A DNA stretch of 64,000 bases, from the NCBI RefSeq assembly GCF_902713615.1, contig NC_052167.1, forward strand, positions 12,249,983 to 12,313,982, given 5' to 3'. Both the position numbers and the translations under genes were made by a program. The notes under the pieces are model-generated. The model was not told the DNA's origin. It made no database searches and saw only the letters and a list, made by a program, of their open reading frames with translations. Within the stretch, counting starts at the first letter, position 1. Each line of letters starts with the position of its first letter. Source of the DNA: Scyliorhinus canicula (lineage: Eukaryota). Positions 1 through 10,593 of the stretch are shown here, piece after piece.

Positions 1-198
1 TTTTGCAAGAAGTAGCACTGACAACATGCTTCCACCACATATTTGGTATAAGATATACAACAGGAAAGGTACTTTAAAAGAGCCTGCCTTTGAGAACTAT
101 TTCTGGACTAACATCAGCAACACAATCTTGATTAAAAGAAATAAAGTTTCCTCGCAAGAACTTCACAAAGAATTGGTCCCAACCTGATAATTTTGGGC

Positions 199-785
199 TG
201 TCGTGTGAGAGTACCTTTAAGAAATGAGTGTTTAAGAAATGTACCTTTAAGAAATGGGCATCTATCAGTGATGTCAGAGTGTGGGTGGAGCTGGGCTGTC
301 TGTCGGCTTTTTACTTTCGTTTTTGAGCAGGCTGCTATGGAGTGAGCTTTTGGTTTTGTTTTCAGTGTTGGAGCTGAAGGCAGACAAAGCAGGTGTACTG
401 CTGTTCTCTCTGCCATCAAAAGACTATCTCTTGATGATTTGGTGATTTAAAACTAATAATTTCTCTCAGTAGTGACTTTAACCTGATGTGCTTCTGTTAA
501 AAGTTCTTTTTTAAGTCGTATGGATGTTAAAAGGGCAGTGTAAGGATTACTTTGTGTTGTAATCTTTAGGGGTTATATTTGAATTGATGTTCACTGTATG
601 TTTTAAAAAGGTTAACTTGAGTTCATTGAATAAACATTGTTTTGCTTTCAAAAATACTTTTCCATTTCTGCTGTACCACACCTGTAGAGTGACCATGTGC
701 TCCCCATACCACAATCTATTAAATCTTGTGGGTCATGTGAACTACATGATACACTTTGGGGCTCTCTAAACCCTGGCCCATAACC
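199..785 (+). mobile_element. Solo LTR (Gypsy/ERV-like)
   Basis: Starts TGTCGTG and ends CCCATAAC(C); flanked by 4-bp TSD GGGC (195-198, 786-789); internal AATAAA; homologous to 57368-57941. Confidence 0.8.
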
Positions 786-834
786 GGGCATTATGTGCAA
801 TACTACAGGGAGAATGTGGCCTGGTGCTGATGTT

Positions 835-1176
835 GCTGGACTCACTATCCGGAGCCCCAGGCTAATGCCCAGCACATGGGTTCAAATCATGCTACGGAAG
901 ATGGTGGAATTTGAAGTCAGTTAATCATCTGGAATATTATAACCATGAAACTATCATCAATTGTTGTGAACAAAACCATCTGGTTCATTAATGCCCTTCA
1001 GAGAAGGAAATCTGCCCTCCTTACCTGGTCTGGCCTACATGTGACTCCAGACCCACAGCAACGTGGTTGAGTCTCAACTGCCCTCTCAAATGGCCCAGAA
1101 ATCTCCAGGGCAATTAAGGATGGGCAGCAAATGCTGGTCTTGCCAGCGACACTTACATCCCATGAAAGAATAAAGA
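835..1176 (+). mobile_element. tRNA-derived SINE (family 3) sharing its 3' tail with a CR1/L2-type LINE
   Basis: GGTTCAAATC B-box. Tail gggcaattaaggatgggcagcaaatgctgg...cacatcccatgaaagaataaa matches the LINE 3' ends at ~61690-61756 and ~32200-32260. Partial minus-strand copy at ~58966-59192. Confidence 0.7.
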
Positions 1177-1966
1177 ATATCTTGTCATGCGGTTGCTCCG
1201 GGACATGCTATTACTGCGCTGTGCAGTGCATTTGAAAGGATAAGCCTATGACTGTACCTGAGTTGATCGCCCTCATCTCGGAAGTTCTGGCGAGGGAAGA
1301 CCATTCCAGGACTAGAGTTTGCCACAAGTGCAGCTGGATTGCGGAGGTACATGTCGTCCAACCACCAGTCACAAACCTTAGGGAGAAAAGAAAACCCCGA
1401 TTAATTGCTTTTCTCGATTTTGGAAACGCCTTTCGTCTTAATCCGTTCCTCGGTTTCAATTTGGACAAGAAGGAAGTGATTTAGTGACGCCAATTCATTC
1501 ACAAATTGCGAATCGAGGATCACCACCTTTGGATACTGAGACCGAAACAGCCAATTTTCTATCAAATGGAATGGTCCCATTAAAGATATCTCAAGACTAC
1601 TTGATCAAGTAAATTAGCCTGAGGGTCAGCATTTTTGGGGCAGCTTGTGGTTTTAGCATTGCCACTGGTCCAATTGTCCCGTGACCCCCCCCCCCCCCCC
1701 CCCTCACCCCCAGATAAATATTCTGGGGACCCGGGTTCCCATAAAAATCTGGAATGATTTATTGGGAACACACACAGTCGATGTTAAATTGGCAGCGGAA
1801 CCAACGCAACAAGAACCATTTTCGACACGAGTGGCATTGCAAAGCAGATATTTTGAATATCTTTATCAATATATGCATTCCCTAAGAGTTATGTTTACTC
1901 GCACACTCCCGAGGAAGGAAATACATAAGGCACATCTCTTAATGGAAATGCACCGACGCCATTTAC

Positions 1967-2158
1967 CCAGTTAGCTGTGCTTTCTCTTCGTTTTAGCAAG
2001 TGTTGCTGCAACGTCTCTCCAACCTCCCCATGGGCGCCAAATCCTTCAACGATGGCCTTGGTGACTCGGTATTGATCCTCTGTGACCAGGTGTCTCATAC
2101 AGTTCAGGTACTTGTCCAAGGTCTCCTGCAGAGGGGGCACCGGCAGCTTGAGCAGCAC
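1967..2158 (-). CDS. CHAT: Choline O-acetyltransferase, second coding exon (192 nt)
   Basis: Acceptor cctttgccccAG, donor GTAAAT, phase 0/0. Encodes [25 protein letters not shown]...[11 protein letters not shown], the N-terminal signature region of choline/carnitine acyltransferases. Gene continues past the left edge. Confidence 0.96.
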
Positions 2159-2461
2159 CTGGGGCAAAGGAATTGAGGAGAGGGGCAACAGACACCTTTT
2201 GAGTAAGACGCTGAATTGGGACAGTAAAGAACAAGTCCTCTGGGGGTCCGCTCCTTCCTTCATGCTGCCAGTTCTCATGCTACTCCTGACACCCACAGCC
2301 ATTTCGGACCCCCCCCCCCCCTCCATTTACATCACAAAACCCACTTTCCCGTTTCGATAACTATCCAGGAGACTTGAGATCGTATATTGACTACAGGTCA
2401 TTGCTTTATTTCCATAGCTCCTGGACGAAGTCTAACAAATCGAAATAATATTGCACCATTG

Positions 2462-2772
2462 AATCACAGAATCCCAACAGTGCAGAGGGAGGCCATTCAG
2501 CCCTTCGATTCTGCACCGAACCTCTGAAAGAGCACCCTGTCTAGGTCCCCCCCTCCCCTCCCTATCCCTACCCAACCTTTGGATACTAAGGGGCAATTTA
2601 GCACGGCCAATCCACCTCACCACATCTTTGGACAGTGGGAGGAATCCGGAGCACCAGGAGGAAACCCACGCAGACAGGGGAAGAATGTACAAACTCCACA
2701 CAGACAGTGACCCGAGGCTGGAATCGAACCTGGGACCCTGGAGCTGTGAGGCAGCAGTGCTAACCACTGAGC
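2462..2772 (-). mobile_element. HE1/V-SINE
   Basis: tRNA-like head (tggttagca..ggttcgattcc), V-core ctgtgtggagtttg..gggtttcctcc, CR1-like tail. Lies in a ChAT intron. Confidence 0.85.
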
Positions 2773-3113
2773 CCAAATCCTGCCAGGAAATGGTTGAGGA
2801 TTGTCCATTATTCAATCCTGCCAGAAGGTCTCTGATTATTCAATCAGTCCTTAACTGCGCTCCCTCACTGTATCTTTCAGGACAAATCTCACCGCTACAT
2901 CGAAAATAGAACTAATGTTCCCTGTTCACCCCCCGCGGAGGGGAGGGGGGGGGGGGGCTACAGGGCTGCCCAAGAGGGGCTGGTTACTGAGCCCATTTTA
3001 GTTTAGGTACAGCACTCAGCTAACGTTCCATGAAAAAAATTCTGCCAACATGTTAAAGGCCATGGTAACCTGTGCTCCTGGCTGAGGCTGAGGGGTTGGA
3101 AAGTTGGACTTAC

Positions 3114-3176
3114 GCAGCTGTTCCGGCGTGTCTTGGGCCGGGCCGAGTCTTGGGTGGGGTTGTTGAGGACTGGCAT
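3114..3176 (-). CDS. CHAT: ChAT first coding exon (MPVLNNPTQDSARPKTRRNSC); exon 3185-3114 including 9 nt of UTR
   Basis: Acceptor cttccttccAG at 3187-3186, Kozak gaccATG, perfect donor GTAAGT at 3113-3108. 63 coding nt join in phase 0 to the next exon. MPVL resembles the MPIL start of rodent ChAT. Confidence 0.85.
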
Positions 3177-4257
3177 GGTCCTGCTCTGGAAGGAAGAGGC
3201 GAATAACCGGCACACGGGGTCAGCCAACTCCTGTTTATGGGGAGAGAGAGAGAGAGAGAGAGCAAAGAGACCTCACAACAAAGGATGAAAGATTAGACCA
3301 CCGCTCGTCAAAAGAAATCGCAGTAAAGTATATTCCTCCCCTAACCTCAAATCACTCCAGATTGTTTCCCGGCCCCGACATTCAACCTCATTATTATCCA
3401 CTTTTACAGGAAAACCAACAAGAATCTAGTCAGGACCAATCCCTAATTGACAATGAATCGAAAGCATGCAGAATAATATTTAAGGAACTGTTAGAGAGTC
3501 GCCAGTATTAAATCCATTCCTTCAACCTAACAGCCACACAATATAATTAAAAACATCTTTCCCTGTCTACACAGTAGAGTGAGCGAGGGTGTAAGAAATG
3601 AAGCGCTTTCTGAAGGACAGCACACAGGAAAATTCAGATCAATCAACTTTTAAAGCGCACAAATCGAGGGTCTTTACCAATCCATTCAGGAACTTACAAT
3701 ATCCTGCGACTCAGCACTCGCCCCCTACTTTATTCTCAGAGTGGATTTTACAAACTTACCGAGTTATCCGTACCTTTATCAGCGGCGGATTCCCAGAGAT
3801 CCCCTTCCCAACCCCATCCTCTGGGGAAACTTAGGTTTGTGTCCCACAGAAAACTCTCTCAGTCCGCTCGCATTTCGTACCCATCTTGACCTGTCCACTC
3901 TTGTGAGTGAGACGCGGTGGAGGACTGGGGAGAGGTGTGTGTGTGAGTGCGGAACGCGGATATACTTTCTCTGAAAGCAGGACAGACCGCCCCTCTTCCC
4001 TATTCGCCGAACACACAACGCGAAGGCATCATGCGCGGGCACCCCGTCCATCTATTTGACACTGGAGACTAAACTGGCCACAGTCCGGGGGCACATGCGC
4101 CTCCCCAATATCTGACCCTGGCAGGATGCAAATGTGTGTGTGGGTTTCATAGCACTGATCGTTGAGAAGATAATGCGGATAGGATCAAACCCCCTCCTGT
4201 ACTTGGAGGCTTTTATGAGGTGGGGTGTCATTAAGCGACCCAGTGCTATTCGTGGCT

Positions 4258-4382
4258 TTGACAAAGAGTCATCCAGACTGGAAATGTTCGCCCCCTTCCC
4301 TCTCCACAGTCAGACCTGCTGAGATTATTCAGCATTTGCTGTTTTTGATCAGATTCCAGCATCCGTAGTAATTTGCTTTGAT
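4258..4382 (+). mobile_element. Penelope-like terminal fragment
   Basis: ctctccacag..gacctgctgag..cagcattt..gattccagcatc motif; recurs at ~37915-38045 and in reverse at ~41370-41460. Confidence 0.5.
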
Positions 4383-5971
4383 CTAAACATGGTCAAAACA
4401 GGGAGCAGGGTGGAGAGCAAAGTTGGCCTCACATTCAGTCGCTTAGGTTTGCAACAGTAGGCTGTGTTTAACCGGCGCATATCATTTCCCCAATTTGAGG
4501 GGTCTTATGACTTGACACTCTATTGCCAAAGGTAAAACTCTATTGCCCATTAAAAGGAGAAGGGCCATTGTCTAAAACAAGGTGAATATTTTATTGGCAA
4601 TAACCAGTAAAATGCTAAAACAGTAATCTCCTCGCTGTGTTAATATACAAGCTTGCAAAAGGCGCCTGGATAATTCCCTGTGAAAGTTTGCTCCTAGATC
4701 TGCTATTGGAATCAATCGAGATTGCCATGCCCTGATATACAAGCACACACTTTAACGTGTCCACATTTAGACCCCACTCATTATATCAAATACAGCACAT
4801 TCCAAAAACCAGCCAGATCGAATTTGATGCCTTTTTTTGTTGTTGCAAATTTCAAATGTTACGGATTTATTCAAGACAATGTGAGTAACTATGCCGGTAT
4901 ATGCCTGCAAGGACCCCGAATGATTATTCGAATGTGTGCGATAAATAATTTCGCGCGATTAAGGAGTATTGATGTAGCTGTTCTAGGTTTTAATCGAAGG
5001 TTTCATTATTGTTCACGGGAAGATGGAAGGCGGCGCTGTGAAGATTTAACCCAAGGCTCAGTTAGGGCTAATTCCATCAATCGCCAGCCACTCCAGTAAA
5101 ACATTGGGAGATATTTACAAAGCTTCTTCTTCCCCACTGTCATACCTTCTTACTGGCGTCTCTGTCTCTCCATTAATGATACTCCCCAAACAAAAATACA
5201 ATTCTTTCTATTTATTGCAGATCTTTATTCATTTTAATTCTAACTTTTCAATTGTTTTTTTTAATGCATTTTCAAAAAGTGTCGCTTATGCTCAAAGGTT
5301 TTGAGGGAAGAAAAGGATTGGCAGCTTCTGAGATCACATTTGATGATTGGTTGGTGTCGGTTGTCTAATGTGTGACCTATTCCCGATCTCTGATTATATG
5401 ATGCGCTGGACAAATCTGTTAATATCATGGCGTGAAACTCGATCTCAGCTGTGCCAACAATCGAGTTCTCTGCCCAGCGCGGATCGGCTGCGGGTGTTTG
5501 AAGATTTGGGGGCAGGGCTGGACGGTATGTTTCAGGTTGGCGCTTTGTAGAGTAGTCCAACTCGCTGTTCGATATTGTCATCGTCTATTTCTAACCGAGG
5601 GACGAATGGTGAACCTTTACCTGTTCATTGAGAAACCGAGATGGCCACATCGTCTTCGTTCCCGTTGATTCGGAGAATGGTATAACGTAAAAAGAGGCCA
5701 TTCGACCCATCGAGTTTGTGCCAGCTCTTTCTAACGGTTTGACCCACTCCCCTATCCCTGTCCACCCCTCACTTCAAACCCCCCACCCCAACTCTCCTTC
5801 AAATATGCATCCATTTCTCTTTGTAGAGATACTAAGGAGTTTGTTCCCCAGCTCAGACATTGCAATTTAAATCCTAACGACCCCAGGCTTAAAGACAAAT
5901 CTTATATTCTTCGTCGTGTGAGCTCTGGTTCCTCTGCCAATCACCTTAACCGTGTGTTTTCCAGCTTATCA

Positions 5972-6168
5972 ATTGAAATGAAGTGAAAATGAAAATTGCT
6001 TATTGTCACAAGTAGGCTTCAAAATGAAGTTACTGTGAAAAGCCCCTAGTCGCCACATCCCAGTGGCGCCTGTTTGGGGGGGGGGGGGGGGGCTGGTACC
6101 GGAATTGAACCGTGCTGCCTTGGTCTGCTTTAAAGGCCAGCGATTTAGCCCTGTGCTAAACCAGCCCC
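5972..6168 (-). mobile_element. Short tRNA-derived SINE (family 2)
   Basis: Reverse of ggggctggtttagcacag..gactaggggcttttcacagtaacttcatt..(catttt)n. Other copies at 24135, 39836, 42415, 47962 and 63110. Confidence 0.85.
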
Positions 6169-7266
6169 AGCTATGTTGGGAGATTCTGACCAATTGTGAA
6201 TAGCGAGCCGGGTGAATACAGAGAGAGTGAATGCTCTCTCTCTCTCCATCTTATTGTCCCCCCTCAGTAATGTGAAGTTACCCACAGACATCCTGAGGAG
6301 TCACCAGAGAGCCAATCTTGTTTCAGATAAGAACCTCTATCGTAGGTAGACCAATGTTGGGTTTGCCAGAGCGGGAATGTCGAGCAATATAATTCATATA
6401 AAAAGACACCGAGGGTTATCCATATCTGGTTGGTGAAATATGCGCCTTAACCATATCGTTCCCGATCTGTGCATTCGCTAAATTACCGGCAAGGGACGTT
6501 TTTTCTAAAAAAAAAGGGTGGATAAGTTTTCGTAAGTTTGATTTCTGTGCATTGTGGATTGAAAGTGAAACTCGGAGTGTTCTTCTTTAAAACGAGCACA
6601 ATGTATGCATCAGTGAATCTGATGCCTTTACCCGCTTGCAGAGGCGGGGACCGCAGTGGATGTGAGGGGAATGCTTTGAAAGAAAGAGGAGACCAAACCT
6701 TGATCCAGACTTTAATCTGACATTGTATTTATGACATAGCAGCGCAGAGTGGTCCATATAATCCTACACATTCATCTCAAAGAAAATAAAATAGACGATC
6801 ACCTCTGCATCAATTCAAATCCCCGGGAGAACAGAGCTCAGTATATACAATATAATGTTTCCCGTCAGATCCCTGAATGTTTACATGGGTTTTTAATCTT
6901 TTTAAAATACATATGCTATTTACTTTTCACACAGAGGTACAACCTAACACTCTCACACACCGAAACAGGTCGAGCTAATGGAGCACTGGACATCATTTAA
7001 GTATATTCGTGATCAATGGAATTAGTTTGGAGTGCTGGATTTTTGATTGAATACAGATCATAACAATTCCATCTTGATCACGTTCTCCATCCCCTTAAGA
7101 CCCATGAAGTAAGCAATTACATAAATTATACAAAAGTAATTCGCAGTAATGATTACATCAATTCTGGCTTATATTAGACATTTACTACATTACAGACGGG
7201 CAAAGAGATGCTGCATTTCATTCGCTAATGTCCTTGGAAGGTTTGGCTGTTGGAGGGGGTGTTAGG

Positions 7267-8865
7267 TTAACTGTAATCACTCCCCGATGAATCGTCTTCG
7301 GATAGGATCTGCTTCCTGGTGGAGACCTCCATCCCGGAGCTATCCAGGACCCCGGCCGTGGGGTAGTTACCCACCGAGCTGCCGTAGCCCTTCTTACTGG
7401 CCTGACGCTCCTCCAGCCTGATGGTGTCGTAAAGCCCCTTGGGCCCCTCCTCCAGAAGGACATTCCGCTCCGAGAGAGAGGGTTTCATTTGGCACACGTT
7501 CCGGAGCAGCAAGAGGGCAGGAGCGTAGAGGACATTGGCACAGCCCATGCCCAGGTTGAGCTGCACAAAGCCCAGATTGTGGACGATTTGACCAGCCACA
7601 ATAGGGCCCAGGGCGTAGGCAACAGAGTAGGAGATATCAGCTATGGCATAGACACTGCCATAGACAGACACGTGTCGTACATCGACCAGGAAGGCGAGGG
7701 TGGGCAGGAGGGCAGTGTCCACCAGCGCTATGCCAAAACACAGGCAGCACAGCGGGATGATGAGTTCTTCAAAGTTCCTGCAGGCTGGCACGATGCAGGA
7801 GCTGGCACCTATAATCACCATGCCTATTGCCCCGTAGAACCACTGGTAATTGGGATATTTGGCAGCGAGTTTCACAGTGATGTACACACCCAGGATGTGG
7901 GGGAAGAAGGCGGGCAGCCACGTTAGTCCCATTTGCCACTCACTGGCGTTCATTGTCTGCTTCATCCAGTTGGAGATGGTGGGCTCCAGAAAGGCCAGAG
8001 GGATGTTACAGGTGGTCAGGGCGCCCGCCACCACAGCAATGTAGGGGTCGATCATCAGTTTGTAGATGGGGCTTCCTTGGGGCAGGTTCTCGCGGGTCCG
8101 GCTGCTGAATGGCGAGATGACAGTGAGCAGCAGAATGCCGTCCAGCAGCGAGACGAAGGAGAGGACCAGGAAGGGGACGCTCTTGCCAGCGAACTGGTAC
8201 AGGATGCCCCCGAAGGGGGGCGCCGCCAGGCTGCCGAAGGAGATGAAAGCCAAAGCGATGCCAAGGGCGACGCTCCTCTCCGACTCCTCTGTGTACTTGT
8301 TGGCGATCATGGCGATGCCCGAGGTGTCGGCGAACGCCGAGCCCAAGCCCTGCAGGCTCCTGGCCACGAAGAGCATGGCGTAGCTCTCGCCGAAGGCGAA
8401 GGTGATGGTGGAGAAGAAGATGATGGTGAGCCCTATGAGCAGAGGGATGTCACAGCCCACCCGGTCAATGAAGGTGCCGGTCAGGGGGTTGGCCAGGAGC
8501 TGGAGAATGGCCTTGGAGGCGAACAGCACCCCGATCTGGATGTCCTCATTGGCGTTGGGGTTCCTGTAGCGGACGGGTCTCTGGGTGGAATTGATAAAGG
8601 AGCCATTGGTGCCATTGGAAACCGAGCTGACATAGACCACTTTGTAAGTTCTCAGGCTCTCCAGATAGTCGGGGATGATGGGGACGATCACCATGTACAG
8701 CATGTTGTCCAGCAGCAGAGCAATGCACACTATCACCAGCATGATCCTGCGCTGGCGCCGCGGCTCCTGAATCGCGCCGCTCAGCTGCTTAGTTCTCTCG
8801 CCAACCACATTGGAAAGTTTCACCACGGCCGACTTGGCCAGTCCCACGGCCATTTCTGCAGCCAT
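7267..8865 (-). CDS. SLC18A3: Vesicular acetylcholine transporter (VAChT), intronless, 532 aa
   Basis: MFS 12-TM protein with [58 protein letters not shown] and C-terminal SERNVLL dileucine motif. Same strand as, and upstream of, the ChAT coding exons. Confidence 0.99.
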   Translation of the reverse strand: MAAEMAVGLAKSAVVKLSNVVGERTKQLSGAIQEPRRQRRIMLVIVCIALLLDNMLYMVIVPIIPDYLESLRTYKVVYVSSVSNGTNGSFINSTQRPVRYRNPNANEDIQIGVLFASKAILQLLANPLTGTFIDRVGCDIPLLIGLTIIFFSTITFAFGESYAMLFVARSLQGLGSAFADTSGIAMIANKYTEESERSVALGIALAFISFGSLAAPPFGGILYQFAGKSVPFLVLSFVSLLDGILLLTVISPFSSRTRENLPQGSPIYKLMIDPYIAVVAGALTTCNIPLAFLEPTISNWMKQTMNASEWQMGLTWLPAFFPHILGVYITVKLAAKYPNYQWFYGAIGMVIIGASSCIVPACRNFEELIIPLCCLCFGIALVDTALLPTLAFLVDVRHVSVYGSVYAIADISYSVAYALGPIVAGQIVHNLGFVQLNLGMGCANVLYAPALLLLRNVCQMKPSLSERNVLLEEGPKGLYDTIRLEERQASKKGYGSSVGNYPTAGVLDSSGMEVSTRKQILSEDDSSGSDYS

Positions 8866-9423
8866 GGCTCCTGGCTGGGAAAGATCCGGGCAAAACTCTC
8901 ACCCCCACCCCCCCCCACCCCCCACCCCTACCCTCCAACCCCTCCCCTCCTCTCTCACTGGCGGCAGACTGCAACTGTTACCTCGGCATCCTGGTTGGCA
9001 CAGACACTGGTGTGGGCAGAAGGGTCATTGCCCCCCCCCAACCCCCCTCTCCGGGGGTGGGGGTGCAGGAGGCTCAGAGTCGGCGGCCCTCAGGGTGGAG
9101 ACACTTTGGCTGAATCAAGTCCACTTCAAAGCACAAAGGAGAGGGTTGCGGGGGTGATGGGGTAGCAGGTCAGGGAGCCTGTGCGGATCCTCCTTGCTCC
9201 AAGCTGGAAGATTCAGGCTCCAGCTCCTCCTGCAGCCGGGCACAGCGGCCGGTACCTGTTGCCCATTCACCCCGATTCAATCGCACGCTGTCTACCAGCC
9301 GGAGTTTTGTGAAGCATCTGAGCTGCTCTCGCTCAGCTCCGTCCCCTTACATCAGAATACGCCCATTATGTTAATGCAACATGTGAATGGATCAGCTCCA
9401 ATCGCAGCCCTGAGAATGGTACT

Positions 9424-10132
9424 CCCTCCCTCCCAGTCTCCCTCCCCTCCCTCTCTCCCTCCCACCTTCCCTCACTCTCTCCCTTCCTCCTTACCCCCCT
9501 CTCCATCNNNNNNNNNNNNNNNNNNNNNNNNNNNNNNNNNNNNNNNNNNNNNNNNNNNNNNNNNNNNNNNNNNNNNNNNNNNNNNNNNNNNNNNNNNNNN
9601 NNNNNNNNNNNNNNNNNNNNNNNNNNNNNNNNNNNNNNNNNNNNNNNNNNNNNNNNNNNNNNNNNNNNNNNNNNNNNNNNNNNNNNNNNNNNNNNNNNNN
9701 NNNNNNNNNNNNNNNNNNNNNNNNNNCTTCCTTCCCTCTCCCCCTCCCTCCCCTTCCCTCCCTCTCTCCCTCCCCTTCCCTCTATCGCTCCCTCCCCCCT
9801 NNNNNNNNNNNNNNNNNNNNNNNNNNNNNNNNNNNNNNNNNNNNNNNNNNNNNNNNNNNNNNNNNNNNNNNNNNNNNNNNNNNNNNNNNNNNNNNNNNNN
9901 NNNNNNNNNNNNNNNNNNNNNNNNNNNNNNNNNNNNNNNNNNNNNNNCCCCCTNNNNNNNNNNNNNNNNNNNNNNNNNNNNNNNNNNNNNNNNNNNNNNN
10001 NNNNNNNNNNNNNNNNNNNNNNNNNNNNNNNNNNNNNNNNNNNNNNNNNNNNNNNNNNNNNNNNNNNNNNNNNNNNNNNNNNNNNNNNNCTCTCCCTCCT
10101 TCTCTCCCTCCTCCCCCACTTTCTCTCCCTCC
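9424..10132. repeat. Polypyrimidine (CCCT/CT) low-complexity tract, partly N
   Basis: Visible parts are almost pure C/T. Confidence 0.85.
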
Positions 10133-10593
10133 CTGGCAGAGTGGGGGCTCCGGGCTGCGAGTCAATGATGCCTTTTCGGGATGTTCAATCAGATTCGGGG
10201 AGGATCGCGGTGGCTCTGAGACTCAGGGCTGGGGACAAGGGAGATTTTGATAACTTGAAAACTGTGTGAGAATTAGGACAGCAGAAGTACAAGAATTGTT
10301 GCGAGCTGGCCGATTGAAGGCAGTCAAAGTCTCAGTTTCTCCCCGGTATTTGATCTTCGAGATTAACCCTTCAGGCTGGTCGCTGAGGAAGGACGCAGGG
10401 AATTGGAAATAGCGGAATGTTGGCAGTTTGTGCTTTTCATTTGATCATTTCCCCGCAACACCAGTCAAAACCGTTCACATCTTCTTCATCAATTCACCCA
10501 CCTACCCCCTTCCCATTCATTCTTGGCGAGCCCTCCCAACCTATCCCTATAGTTTGCGCTGTGGGTCAGATAGGTGGGTTTCTGACCATCCGC

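Noticed and set aside
1895-2326. 143-aa ORF as a complete protein or the ChAT start
   Set aside because: Only 2158-1967 is exon; the flanks are intron bounded by canonical AG/GT.
7933-9165. 410-aa plus-strand ORF antisense to VAChT
   Set aside because: Shadow ORF produced by GC-rich codon usage; non-ATG start and no recognisable domain.
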